Part shown: positions 17,965-29,401 of the stretch, one piece after another
How the letters are laid out: each line of letters starts with the position of its first letter
How positions within the stretch are numbered: the stretch's first letter is position 1
Source: Meiothermus sp.
Lineage (GTDB): Bacteria > Deinococcota > Deinococci > Deinococcales > Thermaceae
Direction: 5' to 3'
Assembly (NCBI GenBank): GCA_033762915.1
Contig: JANRLD010000113.1
Coordinates: 1-51,715, forward strand
DNA: 51,715 nt
Notes under the pieces: generated by a model
The model's input: only the letters and a program-made list of their open reading frames with translations
Database searches by the model: none
Told to the model about the DNA's origin: nothing
Made by a program: the position numbers and the translations under genes

Positions 17965-20900
17965 ATGCCCTCACAAACCCTCCGCATCCAGCTGTTCGGC
18001 TCCTTCCAGACCTCGGTGGAGACGGTGTCGCTGGGCGCCGAAGGCTGGCGCCGCAGGAAGGCCAGCGACGTGGTTAAGCTGCTGGCGCTCCAGCCCCAGG
18101 GTCGGCTGCACCGCGAGCAGGTCTTGGAGGCCTTGTGGCCCGACCTCGAGGAGAAGGCGGCCATGAACAACCTGCACCAGAACCTGCACCACGCCCGCCG
18201 CCTGCTCGAGCCCGAGCTCGACCGGGGAGCCAGGCCGCGCTTTCTGGTGTTCGAGCACGACACGGTGGTGCTGTGTGCGCGGGGAGACCTCGAGGTTGAC
18301 TACATTTCCTTTAAAAGTCTGCTGGCCCAGGCCCGGCGTACGCCCCAGGTCTCGACCTACGAGGCGGCGGTGGAGCTATACAGCGGCGACCTGCTGCCAG
18401 AGGACGTCTACCAGGACTGGACCGAGCCCCAGCGCGACGAGGCCCGGACGCTCTACCTCGAGGCCCTGCTGGAACTGGCGGGCCTGCTCGAGGCCGAAGG
18501 CAGCCTGGCGCGGGCCTGTCACCACCTCGAGGCGGCCGTCGCCAAGGAGCGCACCCACGAGGCCGCCCACCTGGCCCTGATGCGCATCTACGCCAGGAGC
18601 GGGCGGCGCATGGAGGCAGTGCAGCAGTTCCAGACCCTGCGCGAGGCCCTGGTGCAGGAGCTGGGCGAGGAGCCCGACCCGGCCACCCGCGCGGTCTATG
18701 ACGAGATCTTGCAGAAGCTGCCCGACCTGCCCGAACTCCTCCCCCAGGCCAGCGCGGACCCGGCCACCGGCGGCTACGTGCCCGCTGCGCTCACCCCCCT
18801 GATCGGACGGGAGGAGCAACAGGAGGAAATTCTTCAGCTGCTGGGCGCTACCCGCAGCCTGACCCTCACCGGGGCCGGAGGCTCGGGCAAGACCCGCCTG
18901 GCCCTGGAGCTGGCCTCCAGGCTGCAGCCCAACTACCCCGGCGGGGTCTGGTGGATCGAGCTGACCTCGCTCAACGACCCCAAGCTGATCCTGCCCACCG
19001 TCGCCCAGACCCTCGGCGCCAGCAACCCCAGCAAGCCCGCCTTCGAGACCCTGGTCGAGCACCTCAAGGGGCGCAAGGCGCTGCTGGTGCTGGACAACTG
19101 CGAGCACCTGATCGAGGGGTGCGCCGAGGCGGCGGTGAAACTGCTGCGCGCCCTGCCCGGACTGCAACTGCTGTCCACCAGCCGGGAGCCGCTCTCCATC
19201 GCGGGCGAGATCGCCTGGACGATGCCGCTGCTGGAGGTACCCCGCCTCGAGGGTGGCCTCGGCCTAGAGGAGTTGGGCCGCCTCGAGTCGGTGCGGCTGC
19301 TGGTCGAGCGGGTCCGGCAGAACAACCCGAGGTTCGCCCTGACCTCCCAAAACGCCCCCAGCGTGGTGCAGATCTGCCGCCGCCTGGAGGGGCTGCCGCT
19401 GGCCCTGGAGCTCGCGGCGGCGCGGGTGGGGATGCTGACGCTCGAGCAGATCGCCGCGCGCCTGGACAACAGCCTGAGCCTGCTGACGCGGGGCAAGCGG
19501 GGCGAGACGCGTCACCACCAGACCCTGGAGGCGGCCCTGGAGTGGAGCTACAACCTGCTGGGCCAGGCCGAGCGGGACCTCTTCGTGCGGCTCTCGGTGT
19601 TTGTCGGGGGGTGGACCTTCGAAGCGGCGGAGACCGTGGCGGCCGAGACCGTGGCAGCCGAGAACCCCGGCGGCAGGCCGGAACCGGGCGACCCCACGGA
19701 GCTGCTGGCCCGGCTCGAGCGCAGCTCGATGGTGATCGTCAACCAGAGCGAGGGGGCGGTGCGTTTTCGGATGCTGGAGCCGGTGCGTCAGTTTGGCTTC
19801 GCCCGGCTCGAGGGCCAAGGTCTGGCCGAAGCGGTCAAGGCCAGGGTGCTGGACTTCTACCTCGGCCAGGCCCAGGCCATCGCGCCCAAGCTTTCCGGCC
19901 CCGACCAGGCGGCCTGGTACCGCCACCTCTCCAGCGAATACGAGAACCTGCGTGCGGTGCTCTCCTGGAGCAACCCTGGCCGGCTCGAGCAGGGTCTGGC
20001 GCTGGCCGCCAGCCTGTGGCGTTTCTTCCAGGTGAAGGGCCACGCCAAGGAGGTGCTGGCCTGGCTCGAGGAGGCTTTGCCCTTGGCGGGGGAGGTCTCG
20101 GCGGCGGTGCGGGCCGATGCCCACAACGCAGCGGGCATCATGGCTCGCACCTGCGGCCTGTACGCCCAGTCCGACCGCTACTACCAGACCTCTCTGGCAC
20201 TGCGGCGCGAGCTGGGCCACCGGCGCGGCGAAGCCGTCGCGCTCAACAACCTGGGGGTCAACGCCCGCGACCAGGAGGACTACGCCAGGGTCGAGCACTA
20301 CTGCGCCGAGAGCCTCAAGATCGCCCGCGAGATCGGCGACCGGCCCCTCGAGGCCCTGGGCCTGATGAACATGGGCACTGCCCTCCAGCGGCTCGGCAAC
20401 AACCAGGCCGCCGAGGAGCATTTCCGGCAGGGCCTGGAGATTTCCAGCAGCCTGGGCGACCGGCGTGTGATGTCCAACCTGCTCAACTACCTGGGCACCC
20501 TGGCCAAGGCCAAGTCCGACTGGCCCCAAGCCCGGCAGCTCTTCGAGCAGAGCCTCTCGATCAACCGCGAACTCGACGACTTCTGGGGCATCGCCATCTC
20601 GGCGCACTACTTGGCCGCGCTGCACCTTGAGCGGGGCGAGTACCCCCAGACCCGCCAGATGCTCTTGGAGAGCCTCACCCACTACCGCAAGGCCGGGGTG
20701 CGACACGGCCTGGAAGACGGCTTCGAGACCCTGGCCCGCCTGACCCAGCAGCTCGGGCGGCCCGAGCAGGCCGCCTGGGCCTGGGGGGTGGTGGAGCGCC
20801 TGGACCAGGAGATCGGCAAGGTTGACCTCGCCGCTCCCCGGCCCGAGCGCCAGAAGGTGTATGCGGCCCTCGAGGAAGCCCTGGGCACATCGTTCGAGCA

Positions 20901-20973
20901 GGTCAAACGAACCGGCTACACCGAGCGCCTCGAGGATGCCCTAGCCAAAGCCCTCGCCGACCTCGCCCCCTAA
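17965..20973 (+). CDS. SARP/BTAD - NB-ARC (STAND) - TPR transcriptional regulator (AfsR-like)
   Basis: wHTH (LHREQVLEALWPD), BTAD (LYSGDLL, HEAAHLALMR), Walker A GAGGSGKT, LVLDNCEH, GLPLALELAA, C-terminal TPRs. Confidence 0.9.
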   Translation: MPSQTLRIQLFGSFQTSVETVSLGAEGWRRRKASDVVKLLALQPQGRLHREQVLEALWPDLEEKAAMNNLHQNLHHARRLLEPELDRGARPRFLVFEHDTVVLCARGDLEVDYISFKSLLAQARRTPQVSTYEAAVELYSGDLLPEDVYQDWTEPQRDEARTLYLEALLELAGLLEAEGSLARACHHLEAAVAKERTHEAAHLALMRIYARSGRRMEAVQQFQTLREALVQELGEEPDPATRAVYDEILQKLPDLPELLPQASADPATGGYVPAALTPLIGREEQQEEILQLLGATRSLTLTGAGGSGKTRLALELASRLQPNYPGGVWWIELTSLNDPKLILPTVAQTLGASNPSKPAFETLVEHLKGRKALLVLDNCEHLIEGCAEAAVKLLRALPGLQLLSTSREPLSIAGEIAWTMPLLEVPRLEGGLGLEELGRLESVRLLVERVRQNNPRFALTSQNAPSVVQICRRLEGLPLALELAAARVGMLTLEQIAARLDNSLSLLTRGKRGETRHHQTLEAALEWSYNLLGQAERDLFVRLSVFVGGWTFEAAETVAAETVAAENPGGRPEPGDPTELLARLERSSMVIVNQSEGAVRFRMLEPVRQFGFARLEGQGLAEAVKARVLDFYLGQAQAIAPKLSGPDQAAWYRHLSSEYENLRAVLSWSNPGRLEQGLALAASLWRFFQVKGHAKEVLAWLEEALPLAGEVSAAVRADAHNAAGIMARTCGLYAQSDRYYQTSLALRRELGHRRGEAVALNNLGVNARDQEDYARVEHYCAESLKIAREIGDRPLEALGLMNMGTALQRLGNNQAAEEHFRQGLEISSSLGDRRVMSNLLNYLGTLAKAKSDWPQARQLFEQSLSINRELDDFWGIAISAHYLAALHLERGEYPQTRQMLLESLTHYRKAGVRHGLEDGFETLARLTQQLGRPEQAAWAWGVVERLDQEIGKVDLAAPRPERQKVYAALEEALGTSFEQVKRTGYTERLEDALAKALADLAP

Positions 20974-21079
20974 CAACCTTACCTGGGCTGTGGCGTGGAT
21001 TCCTCCGCGCCACCCGTCCCTGTTGACCCCAAAAAACGCATTCCCTGCCCAGTATGTCTCCATAGTTGGAATGCGAGTG

Positions 21080-21213
21080 GGCAGCAGACTCAGCAACGAC
21101 CCCGCCAGCGATACCTACACCTATGTCTGGAAGACTGGGCAGGCACCTGCCGCCAGCTCAACGTGCGGCTCTCCGACGGCACCGACCGCCTCGCCGTGTT
21201 CAGATTCAGGTAG
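21080..21213 (+). pseudogene. Frameshifted remnant of a PxKF-domain C terminus
   Basis: LSNDPASDTYTYVWK in one frame joins WAGTCRQLNVRLSDGTDRLAVFRFR* in another at ~21136; no N-terminal part. Confidence 0.6.
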
Positions 21214-21430
21214 GCCCTTATCCCAGAGCCCTGGCGGTTCGGCCAGGAACTCTGACGGTTGCGAGGGGGAGCCGTGTGCTGCGGCTCCCCGTTTTCGTGC
21301 CGCGACAGCTCGAGAACCCCCTGGCCCAAAGCCCCCCAAATCCTCTGCCAGACCGCTTAACCAGGGCCGGGGCATGGACTTTTCCATGACTTTTTAGCCC
21401 TCTTAATCCCCAAAAAGACCCGTTCCCAGG

Positions 21431-21476
21431 ACGAGTAAGCACGAGTAAGCGGTGAGTAAGTGGCGGTCGGGATGAT
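21431..21476 (+). promoter_or_regulatory. Putative SARP-type triple direct-repeat promoter
   Basis: acGAGTAAGcacGAGTAAGcggtGAGTAAG-N10-GATGAT; same spacing as 17552-17596 and shared GGTGAGTAAGTG. Confidence 0.55.
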
Positions 21477-21483
21477 GACCCCC

Positions 21484-21663
21484 ATGAAACCAATTCCCGT
21501 TTCCCAACCCTTCGACCTGCTCAGCACCTTGCCCCCGGCCTCACTAAGGTCTGCAGCCAAGCCTCTCCCCTTCGCGGCCCTCGAGCTGGGCGTGATGGAA
21601 ATCACAAGCGACGCTCGCGCGACGGAGCGAGGAATACTCTGCGCGTCAAACAAGGAGGGATGA
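21484..21663 (+). CDS. Possible small leaderless ORF (59 aa)
   Basis: ATG 7 nt after the putative -10; no recognisable motif. Confidence 0.3.
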   Translation: MKPIPVSQPFDLLSTLPPASLRSAAKPLPFAALELGVMEITSDARATERGILCASNKEG

Positions 21664-21783
21664 GAAAAACAACTTCTTGAGCAGGGCTGAAAATCGTTCG
21701 GAGCTATCCAAACTTCACCTCCATCGCGCAGAGATAGAACAGGCAGCAGGGTTTTGAATTACACGACTTAACAGGGGAGTGGT

Positions 21784-24036
21784 ATGAGACAGTTTAGACT
21801 TTACGGTTTGTGGACCATCGTGATACTGCTGATTGCGGCCTGCGGTGGCGGCTCGGCGCCGGAAAACAACACCCGCTTTGTGCCTTATCCCGAGGAGGCT
21901 CAGGTTCTGGGGCTGGTTAATGGCTTCCGCAGCCAGGCTCGAGCCTGCGGCAACCAGCAGTTCCCCGCCGCCCCCGCCCTAACCTGGGTCGAGGCAGTGG
22001 GCGACACAGCCTGGTTCCACAGCGTGGACATGGGCCGGGTCGCGGGCGAAGGCCACGTCGGGGCCAGCACCGAGGAGCGCCTGCGGGCCAGGGGCTTTGA
22101 CCCCGGCCCGGTGGCCGAGCACCGCAAAAAGACCACCGGCCCCGCCAACCCCAGCGACGCCTTCAACGCCTGGGCGGCTGACCCGGCAGCCTGCGCCAGC
22201 ATGATGAGCCCCAACTTCACCGTGATGGGCGCGGGGATGTCGGGCCAGTGGGACAACGTCGTCGCGGGCAACGTCATCTCCTGGACCCTGATCCTGACCA
22301 CCCCCAGGGCCAACGCCCCGGCACCTGCTGCCACGCTCAGCGTCTCCCCCACCGCCACCACCGTGACCGTGGGCGGGGCCGCCGTCCCCTTCACCGCCAC
22401 CCTGACCAACTCCACCAGCCCCATAACCTGGACCCTCACCGGGCCGGGTAGCATCTCCGGCACCACCGGTCCCAACGTCAGCTACACCCCGCCCACCACC
22501 GGCGGCGCGGGCACCGCCATCCTGACTGCCAGGGCGGGCGCCCTCCTCACCGCCACCGCCACCATCACCATCAACGCCGCCGCGCCCACCCCCACCCTGA
22601 CCATCACCCCGGCCCAGGCCACCACCAGCGTGGGTGGAACCCCCATCACCTTCACCGCCACCACCAACACCAACCAGAACGTCGGCTGGGCGCTGAGCCC
22701 CACCTCGCCCGGCAGCATCTCCAACACTACCGGGGCCACCACCACCTACACCCCTCCCGCCACCGGCGGCGCCGGGACCGCCACCCTCTGCGCGGCGGTA
22801 AGTGCCACCCTCAGCCGGTGCATCACCATCACCGTCAACGCCGCCGTGCCGGCCTTTAGCGTTACGCCCACCACCGCCTTTACCACCGTGGGCGGCCCCA
22901 ACGTCATCCTCACCTCCTCTACCAACCAGGTGGTCTCCTGGACCATGACCGGCCCCGGCACCTTTAGCTGGGTAGGCGAGACCTTCACCTATATCCCGCC
23001 CACCACCGGCAACGGCGGAACCGCCGTTGTGACGGTCACCTCGACCACCGGCCTCACCGCTTCGGCCACCATCACCGTCGGCCCGCCGGTTAGCCTGAGC
23101 GTTTCCCCCACCACCGCCACCGTCACCGAAGGGGGAGCCGCCATACCCTTTACCGCAACCTTGGTTAGCTCCAACGCGACCATCAACTGGAGCCTGACCG
23201 GGCCGGGCAGTCTATCGGCCACCACCGGAGCCAGCATCAACTACACCCCGCCTGCCACCGGCGGCGCAGCTACCGCAACCCTGACCGCCACCGCCGCTGG
23301 ACGAACCGCCACCGCCACTATCACCATCAACTCCTCCGCTCCAGCCCTCACCGTCTCGCCCGCCACAGCGACCACCCAGGTAGGTGGTACACCCACCGGC
23401 CTCACCGCCACCCTCCTCAACTCCAACGCCACCATCAACTGGAGCCTGACCGGGCCGGGCAGCCTTTCCGCTACTACCGGAGCTACCGTCAACTACAGAC
23501 CACCCGCCACCGGCGGCGCAGGCACCGCCACCGTGACCGCCACCGCTGGTGCGCTTACGGCTTCCGCCACCATCACCATCAACGCCGCCCCCAACCCCGA
23601 CATCGCCCCCTTCCTGACCCTGATCAACAACTTCAGGTCGCAGCAGCAGACCTGCCAGCGTTTGGTCAACGGCGTGGTGCAGACCGAGGTCATGCCCGCC
23701 GTGCCGCCGGTAGTCTTCCAGGATCAGCTCAACACTGCCGCCCGCTTGCACAGCGAGGACATGGCCACCAACAACTACTTCGACCACACCGGCCTCAACG
23801 GCAGCACCTTCAGCCAGCGCGTCATCGCCGCTGGCTATACGGGAGCTCCGCAGGGCGAGAACATCTCCGCTGGTAACGCCGATGCGCAAGGCGCGTTCAA
23901 CAGTTGGCGCAACAGCCAGGGCGGGCACTGCCAGGGCATGATGAGCCCCAATGCCAATGAGATCGGCCTCGGCTACGGCTTCAACGCCAACAGCCAGTGG
24001 ACGCACTACTGGACACTGGTGATGGGCAAGCGCTAG
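21784..24036 (+). CDS. Lipoprotein with two CAP/SCP domains bracketing five Ig-like repeats
   Basis: Lipobox LIAAC; AWFHSVDM and AARLHSEDM..YFDH..GENI..GHC CAP motifs; five ~84-aa repeats with W.L..PG and Y.PP.TGG. Confidence 0.85.
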   Translation: MRQFRLYGLWTIVILLIAACGGGSAPENNTRFVPYPEEAQVLGLVNGFRSQARACGNQQFPAAPALTWVEAVGDTAWFHSVDMGRVAGEGHVGASTEERLRARGFDPGPVAEHRKKTTGPANPSDAFNAWAADPAACASMMSPNFTVMGAGMSGQWDNVVAGNVISWTLILTTPRANAPAPAATLSVSPTATTVTVGGAAVPFTATLTNSTSPITWTLTGPGSISGTTGPNVSYTPPTTGGAGTAILTARAGALLTATATITINAAAPTPTLTITPAQATTSVGGTPITFTATTNTNQNVGWALSPTSPGSISNTTGATTTYTPPATGGAGTATLCAAVSATLSRCITITVNAAVPAFSVTPTTAFTTVGGPNVILTSSTNQVVSWTMTGPGTFSWVGETFTYIPPTTGNGGTAVVTVTSTTGLTASATITVGPPVSLSVSPTTATVTEGGAAIPFTATLVSSNATINWSLTGPGSLSATTGASINYTPPATGGAATATLTATAAGRTATATITINSSAPALTVSPATATTQVGGTPTGLTATLLNSNATINWSLTGPGSLSATTGATVNYRPPATGGAGTATVTATAGALTASATITINAAPNPDIAPFLTLINNFRSQQQTCQRLVNGVVQTEVMPAVPPVVFQDQLNTAARLHSEDMATNNYFDHTGLNGSTFSQRVIAAGYTGAPQGENISAGNADAQGAFNSWRNSQGGHCQGMMSPNANEIGLGYGFNANSQWTHYWTLVMGKR

Positions 24037-24063
24037 GGTTATCATCTGAAGAACCCGCAAAAA

Positions 24064-24095
24064 CCCTCGAGTTCAGCCTGGACTGAACTCGAGGG
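24064..24095. repeat. Intergenic 13-bp stem-loop
   Basis: CCCTCGAGTTCAG-cctgga-CTGAACTCGAGGG. Confidence 0.7.
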
Positions 24096-24123
24096 CACCG
24101 ATTAACCTCACAGGAGAGGTCGC

Positions 24124-24762
24124 ATGAGAATACCGGCCCAACTGTTCTCCCTCACCGTCGCCGCCGCGCTGGTCGGCTGTAGCTCGCTGATCCCTCCCCA
24201 AAAAGTGCCCAACACCCTGGGGCTGGCGGGCCAACAGGTGGGGGTGGAGATCGGGGCAACGGGGGCCGGGGTCTCGAGTGCCACCGCCACCGGCCTGGGG
24301 GTCGTCAAGACCAGCTTCCCCGACGTGGACACTTCCTCCGTCCCCATCTCGGTCAGCCTCTCGCAGACCCTCTTCAAGATCGGCTTCGTGGCGGATACCA
24401 GACTCTCCACCAGCGCCGCCCCCCTGCCCTGCACCATCATCCTGACCAAACTGGACATCAAGGTGACCCTTAGTGACGCCCAGCGCAGCCTGACCCTCCC
24501 CACCTTCAGCGTTAACAAGGTGGTCGAACTCGAGCAGCAGGCCGCCGACCCCAACACCTACCGCATCGTCAACGCCGATGTGTTCGTGGGCAATGTGTTG
24601 AGCGGCGAAGAGGTGCGGCGCTTGCAAGAAGTCATCACCACCGGCGGCATCAACCGAGCCGAGGTGCACCTGAGCGTACAAGCTACCAGCGTCCCCGACC
24701 TACCTCCCGGCAGCGTTCTGACCTTCACCTTCGGCACGTCCGAGGCCACGCTGGCATTCTGA
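24124..24762 (+). CDS. Hypothetical lipoprotein
   Basis: AGGAGAGGT RBS, lipobox LVGC, beta-rich sequence. Confidence 0.75.
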   Translation: MRIPAQLFSLTVAAALVGCSSLIPPQKVPNTLGLAGQQVGVEIGATGAGVSSATATGLGVVKTSFPDVDTSSVPISVSLSQTLFKIGFVADTRLSTSAAPLPCTIILTKLDIKVTLSDAQRSLTLPTFSVNKVVELEQQAADPNTYRIVNADVFVGNVLSGEEVRRLQEVITTGGINRAEVHLSVQATSVPDLPPGSVLTFTFGTSEATLAF

Positions 24763-24775
24763 AACGGGGGCCGTG

Positions 24776-26632
24776 ATGAGAAAAACCTCGAGACTCCTGG
24801 GCCTCTCGATCCTGCTTCTGCTGATCGGCTGTGGCAGCAACACCCGCCTATCCTTCGAGATCATCGGGTTGCTGCCGGTTCTGGTGATAGTGGAAAACCC
24901 GGTCAACCCTACCAGGGCCCGCCTGTTGGCCGAGGCCCTGGGGATCGATACCAACATCATCGCCGGCGACGGCAGCATCCGCTACCTCGACAAGGAGCGC
25001 TTCCAGCGCCTGCCGATGATCCCGGTGGGGGCAGGCCCGGCCGACGAGGAGGGCAACGCGGTGCGGGAGGAGCGCTTCGACTTCGAGGCCATCAGGGCCA
25101 TCAAGCCCTTCGACCCGGAAGAGGCCCGCCTCAAGGCCCTCTCGGCCCTGCAGAAAGCCGAGCTGAACCCCAGGGGGGCCACCATCCGGGTCGGACACTC
25201 GCGCTTCCAGGCGGTGAGCGCCAAGGGCGAGCCGGTGGCCGACGTACAGCTCGACACCCACGTGGACTTCGACAACGTCACCCCCAACAACTACCCCATA
25301 CGCGGGCCAGGGGCCGACATCAAGGTCGTGTTTGACGGACAGGGCAACGTAACCCAGTTGCAGTACGCCTACCGGGTGCTGGCGGAAGGCTCGAGGGCCG
25401 CCGTGCTCTCTGTGGCCCAGGCCCAGCGCAAGGCCGCCGCCGAGTACTTCGGGGTGGACGAGGCCCAGGTCTCCTTGCAAGGACAGTGCGCCCAGGTGCA
25501 GGCCCAGGCGGGCAACCTCTGCCTCCAGTCCGAGCTGATCTACTACGCTCCCCCTGTCGAACTGCCGGTCACCCAGATCGCCCCGCACTACCTGTTCACC
25601 GGGAAGTTCAGCGTCGACGGCACCACCGTCGAAATCCGCCGCCTGCTGATCCCCGCCTTCGCGGGGGCGCCAGAGGTCAAGCTGAGCGTGACCAGCGACG
25701 GCAGCCGGGCCGTGGAGGGCAGGGCCACCGTGTCCGGGGGACGTGCCCCCTACACCTACGCCTGGGCTTCCGCTACCACCGCGCTTCCGCCCACCGAGAG
25801 GGGCAATAGCATCCGCTACAACGTGGCCAGCCGCGAGGCGGTGACCCGCGAGACCCTGTCCGTGGTGGTGACGGACGCCGACGGCATCAGCACCTGGACG
25901 ACCCAGGCCGTCACCGTGAATGCCCCCGCACCCGCCGCGCAGGTTGGGGGCCAGGCCCTGTCCAGCCAGAGCGTGGGCGCGGCCTGGGTGGGCATCTCGC
26001 AGAACCTGCCTTACTCCAGCGACAACGTGAACGGCTTTCTGGGCCAGGCCGCCAAGGCCGGGGTGCAGGTGGCCTTCAACTTCGGCGAGCAGCTGGCCTA
26101 CCAGAGCGACTTCGCCCGCGACACCGACGAGTTCGGGATTGACAGCGTAGACCTGGGGTTTTACACCGGCCACGCCAATGGTCTGGGCATCAGCTTCATC
26201 ACCGAGCGCAGGAGACGCTTCTTGTACTCCGAGCAGGCCAGCTGGGGCGAGCGCGACCTCGAGTGGCTGGTGATCGCGGCTTGCGGGCCGCTGCAGGAGG
26301 TCGAGTTCGGCATCCCCTGGTGGCAGCAGTGGGGCCAGGCCTTCAACGGCTTGCACCTGCTGCTGGCCTACGCCAACACCACCTACGACAACAACCGCGA
26401 AGGCAAGCTGCTGGGACAGTACATCTTCGAGCAAAGACTCTCCCTACGCCAGGCCTGGGCCAACACCGCCAGCAGCATCCAGACCGCCAAGGAGATTTAC
26501 GCGGTGATGGGGGTGTGGGACACTCGAGGGGTCAACAACTACAACGACCATTTCTGGGACTTAGGCCCGGTGGGGCCGGACATCCCGAGGCTGAGCGTGG
26601 AGGGCTACTGGCGGCTGTCGGGACCGTCGTAG
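24776..26632 (+). CDS. Lipoprotein with C-terminal DUF6345-like domain
   Basis: Lipobox LIGC; DSVDLGFYTGH, WGERDLEWLVIAAC, WGQAFNGLHLLLAY. Confidence 0.7.
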   Translation: MRKTSRLLGLSILLLLIGCGSNTRLSFEIIGLLPVLVIVENPVNPTRARLLAEALGIDTNIIAGDGSIRYLDKERFQRLPMIPVGAGPADEEGNAVREERFDFEAIRAIKPFDPEEARLKALSALQKAELNPRGATIRVGHSRFQAVSAKGEPVADVQLDTHVDFDNVTPNNYPIRGPGADIKVVFDGQGNVTQLQYAYRVLAEGSRAAVLSVAQAQRKAAAEYFGVDEAQVSLQGQCAQVQAQAGNLCLQSELIYYAPPVELPVTQIAPHYLFTGKFSVDGTTVEIRRLLIPAFAGAPEVKLSVTSDGSRAVEGRATVSGGRAPYTYAWASATTALPPTERGNSIRYNVASREAVTRETLSVVVTDADGISTWTTQAVTVNAPAPAAQVGGQALSSQSVGAAWVGISQNLPYSSDNVNGFLGQAAKAGVQVAFNFGEQLAYQSDFARDTDEFGIDSVDLGFYTGHANGLGISFITERRRRFLYSEQASWGERDLEWLVIAACGPLQEVEFGIPWWQQWGQAFNGLHLLLAYANTTYDNNREGKLLGQYIFEQRLSLRQAWANTASSIQTAKEIYAVMGVWDTRGVNNYNDHFWDLGPVGPDIPRLSVEGYWRLSGPS

Positions 26633-26811
26633 GCGCGCTCTGCCCGCCTACGCCCTCTGGCTTGGGGGGATCGCCGCCAGCCCAACCTTCGGCCTCCAGC
26701 AGAAGTACTCCTAACGCCGGCTTCCGGTTCAGATGGGTCGGGTTGAAGCCGACTCGAGCCGAGCCGACCGGCTTAATAGCAGAGCACCGTCACCGAGCAC
26801 GGAGGTTTGCC

Positions 26812-27264
26812 TTGATTCTCAAAAACCAACTTGAAACCCAGCGCACCCTCGAGAGCACCTGGGTTGTGCAGGCCGCGCTCGACGCGGTCTGGCGGGCCTT
26901 GTCCGACCCCACGCTGTGGCCCCGGTGGTGGCCGGTGTTCCGGGAAGTCGAGGCGCTGCGCCCCGGCCGGGCTGACGGCCTCGAGGCGGTCTACCGGCTC
27001 AACGGCCAGGAAACCCTGCGGGTTTGTGAGGTCTGGCCGCTGGTGCTGCTCGAGGCCCACACCGAGGCTGCGCTGGTGCGCTGGACCCTCGAGCACGAGG
27101 AGGGCAACACCTTCGTGCACGTCAGCGTCTGGGGCTTTGGCGAGGAAGTCCGGTTCGCCCAGGCCATGGCGGCGGGCGCGAAGGGGCTGGCCGCACACCT
27201 GGGAGTGCGGCTCTTGGAGGTGGGAAGTTGGAACGCCGCTACCGACCAGTCGATTTTTCCCTGA
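26812..27264 (+). CDS. SRPBCC (polyketide cyclase/START-like) family protein
   Basis: GGAGG RBS before TTG; VWRALSDPTLWPRWWP motif. Confidence 0.7.
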   Translation: MILKNQLETQRTLESTWVVQAALDAVWRALSDPTLWPRWWPVFREVEALRPGRADGLEAVYRLNGQETLRVCEVWPLVLLEAHTEAALVRWTLEHEEGNTFVHVSVWGFGEEVRFAQAMAAGAKGLAAHLGVRLLEVGSWNAATDQSIFP

Positions 27265-27370
27265 GAGCGGTTCCCACGCATACTCTCTACGGCGCTAAAG
27301 CGGGCGGTTTTTGCTGTAGGGAGTACATTACCTGCCGCCGCGAGGGAGGTAAGGGTGGGAAACGCGATGA
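27262..27370 (+). repeat. Dispersed structured repeat / MITE-like element, copy 1
   Basis: GAGCGGTTCCCAC...GCGGTTTTTGCTGTAGGGAGTA...GTGGGAAACGC; related copies at 30441, 35554, 46099. Confidence 0.8.
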
Positions 27371-27579
27371 GTTTCATCCTGGCTTCATCCGCCTTGGAAA
27401 GTCTTGGAGGGCTCGTTTCAGCTTGGCCTGGGGCTCCACGCGGAAGGAAGCGGTGGGCCTGGGATGGTGGGATGGTCTGACCGGCTGGCATTGTGGCGGG
27501 TCTTGAAAGGAAGCGCGGAGGGGTCGGCGCAGGGCGGAAGAGGCTTTTGAGCAGCACGGGTGAGACTCGAGGGGGGACT

Positions 27580-29307
<1,728 letters not shown>

Positions 29308-29401
29308 GCGCTAAGGCACCAGCGTAAACGCGGGATCGCCCCGCGCGTCGAACCTATCGCAGCCCTGTTCACACCTTATCCCGCCCATATCGGAGTCACC
29401 T

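Noticed and set aside
18376..20706. Long alternative-frame and antisense ORFs here and elsewhere (e.g. 18951-20630, 19264-20706, 24848-26434, 47171-49516)
   Set aside because: Shadow ORFs typical of high-GC DNA, overlapping well-supported genes and lacking motifs.
21660..21680. AAGGAGG followed by MRKTTS*
   Set aside because: Six codons only; may be a truncated start but cannot be supported.
22330..23590. Periodic minus-strand ORFs resembling an array
   Set aside because: They are the antisense reading of the five Ig-like repeats in the CAP lipoprotein.
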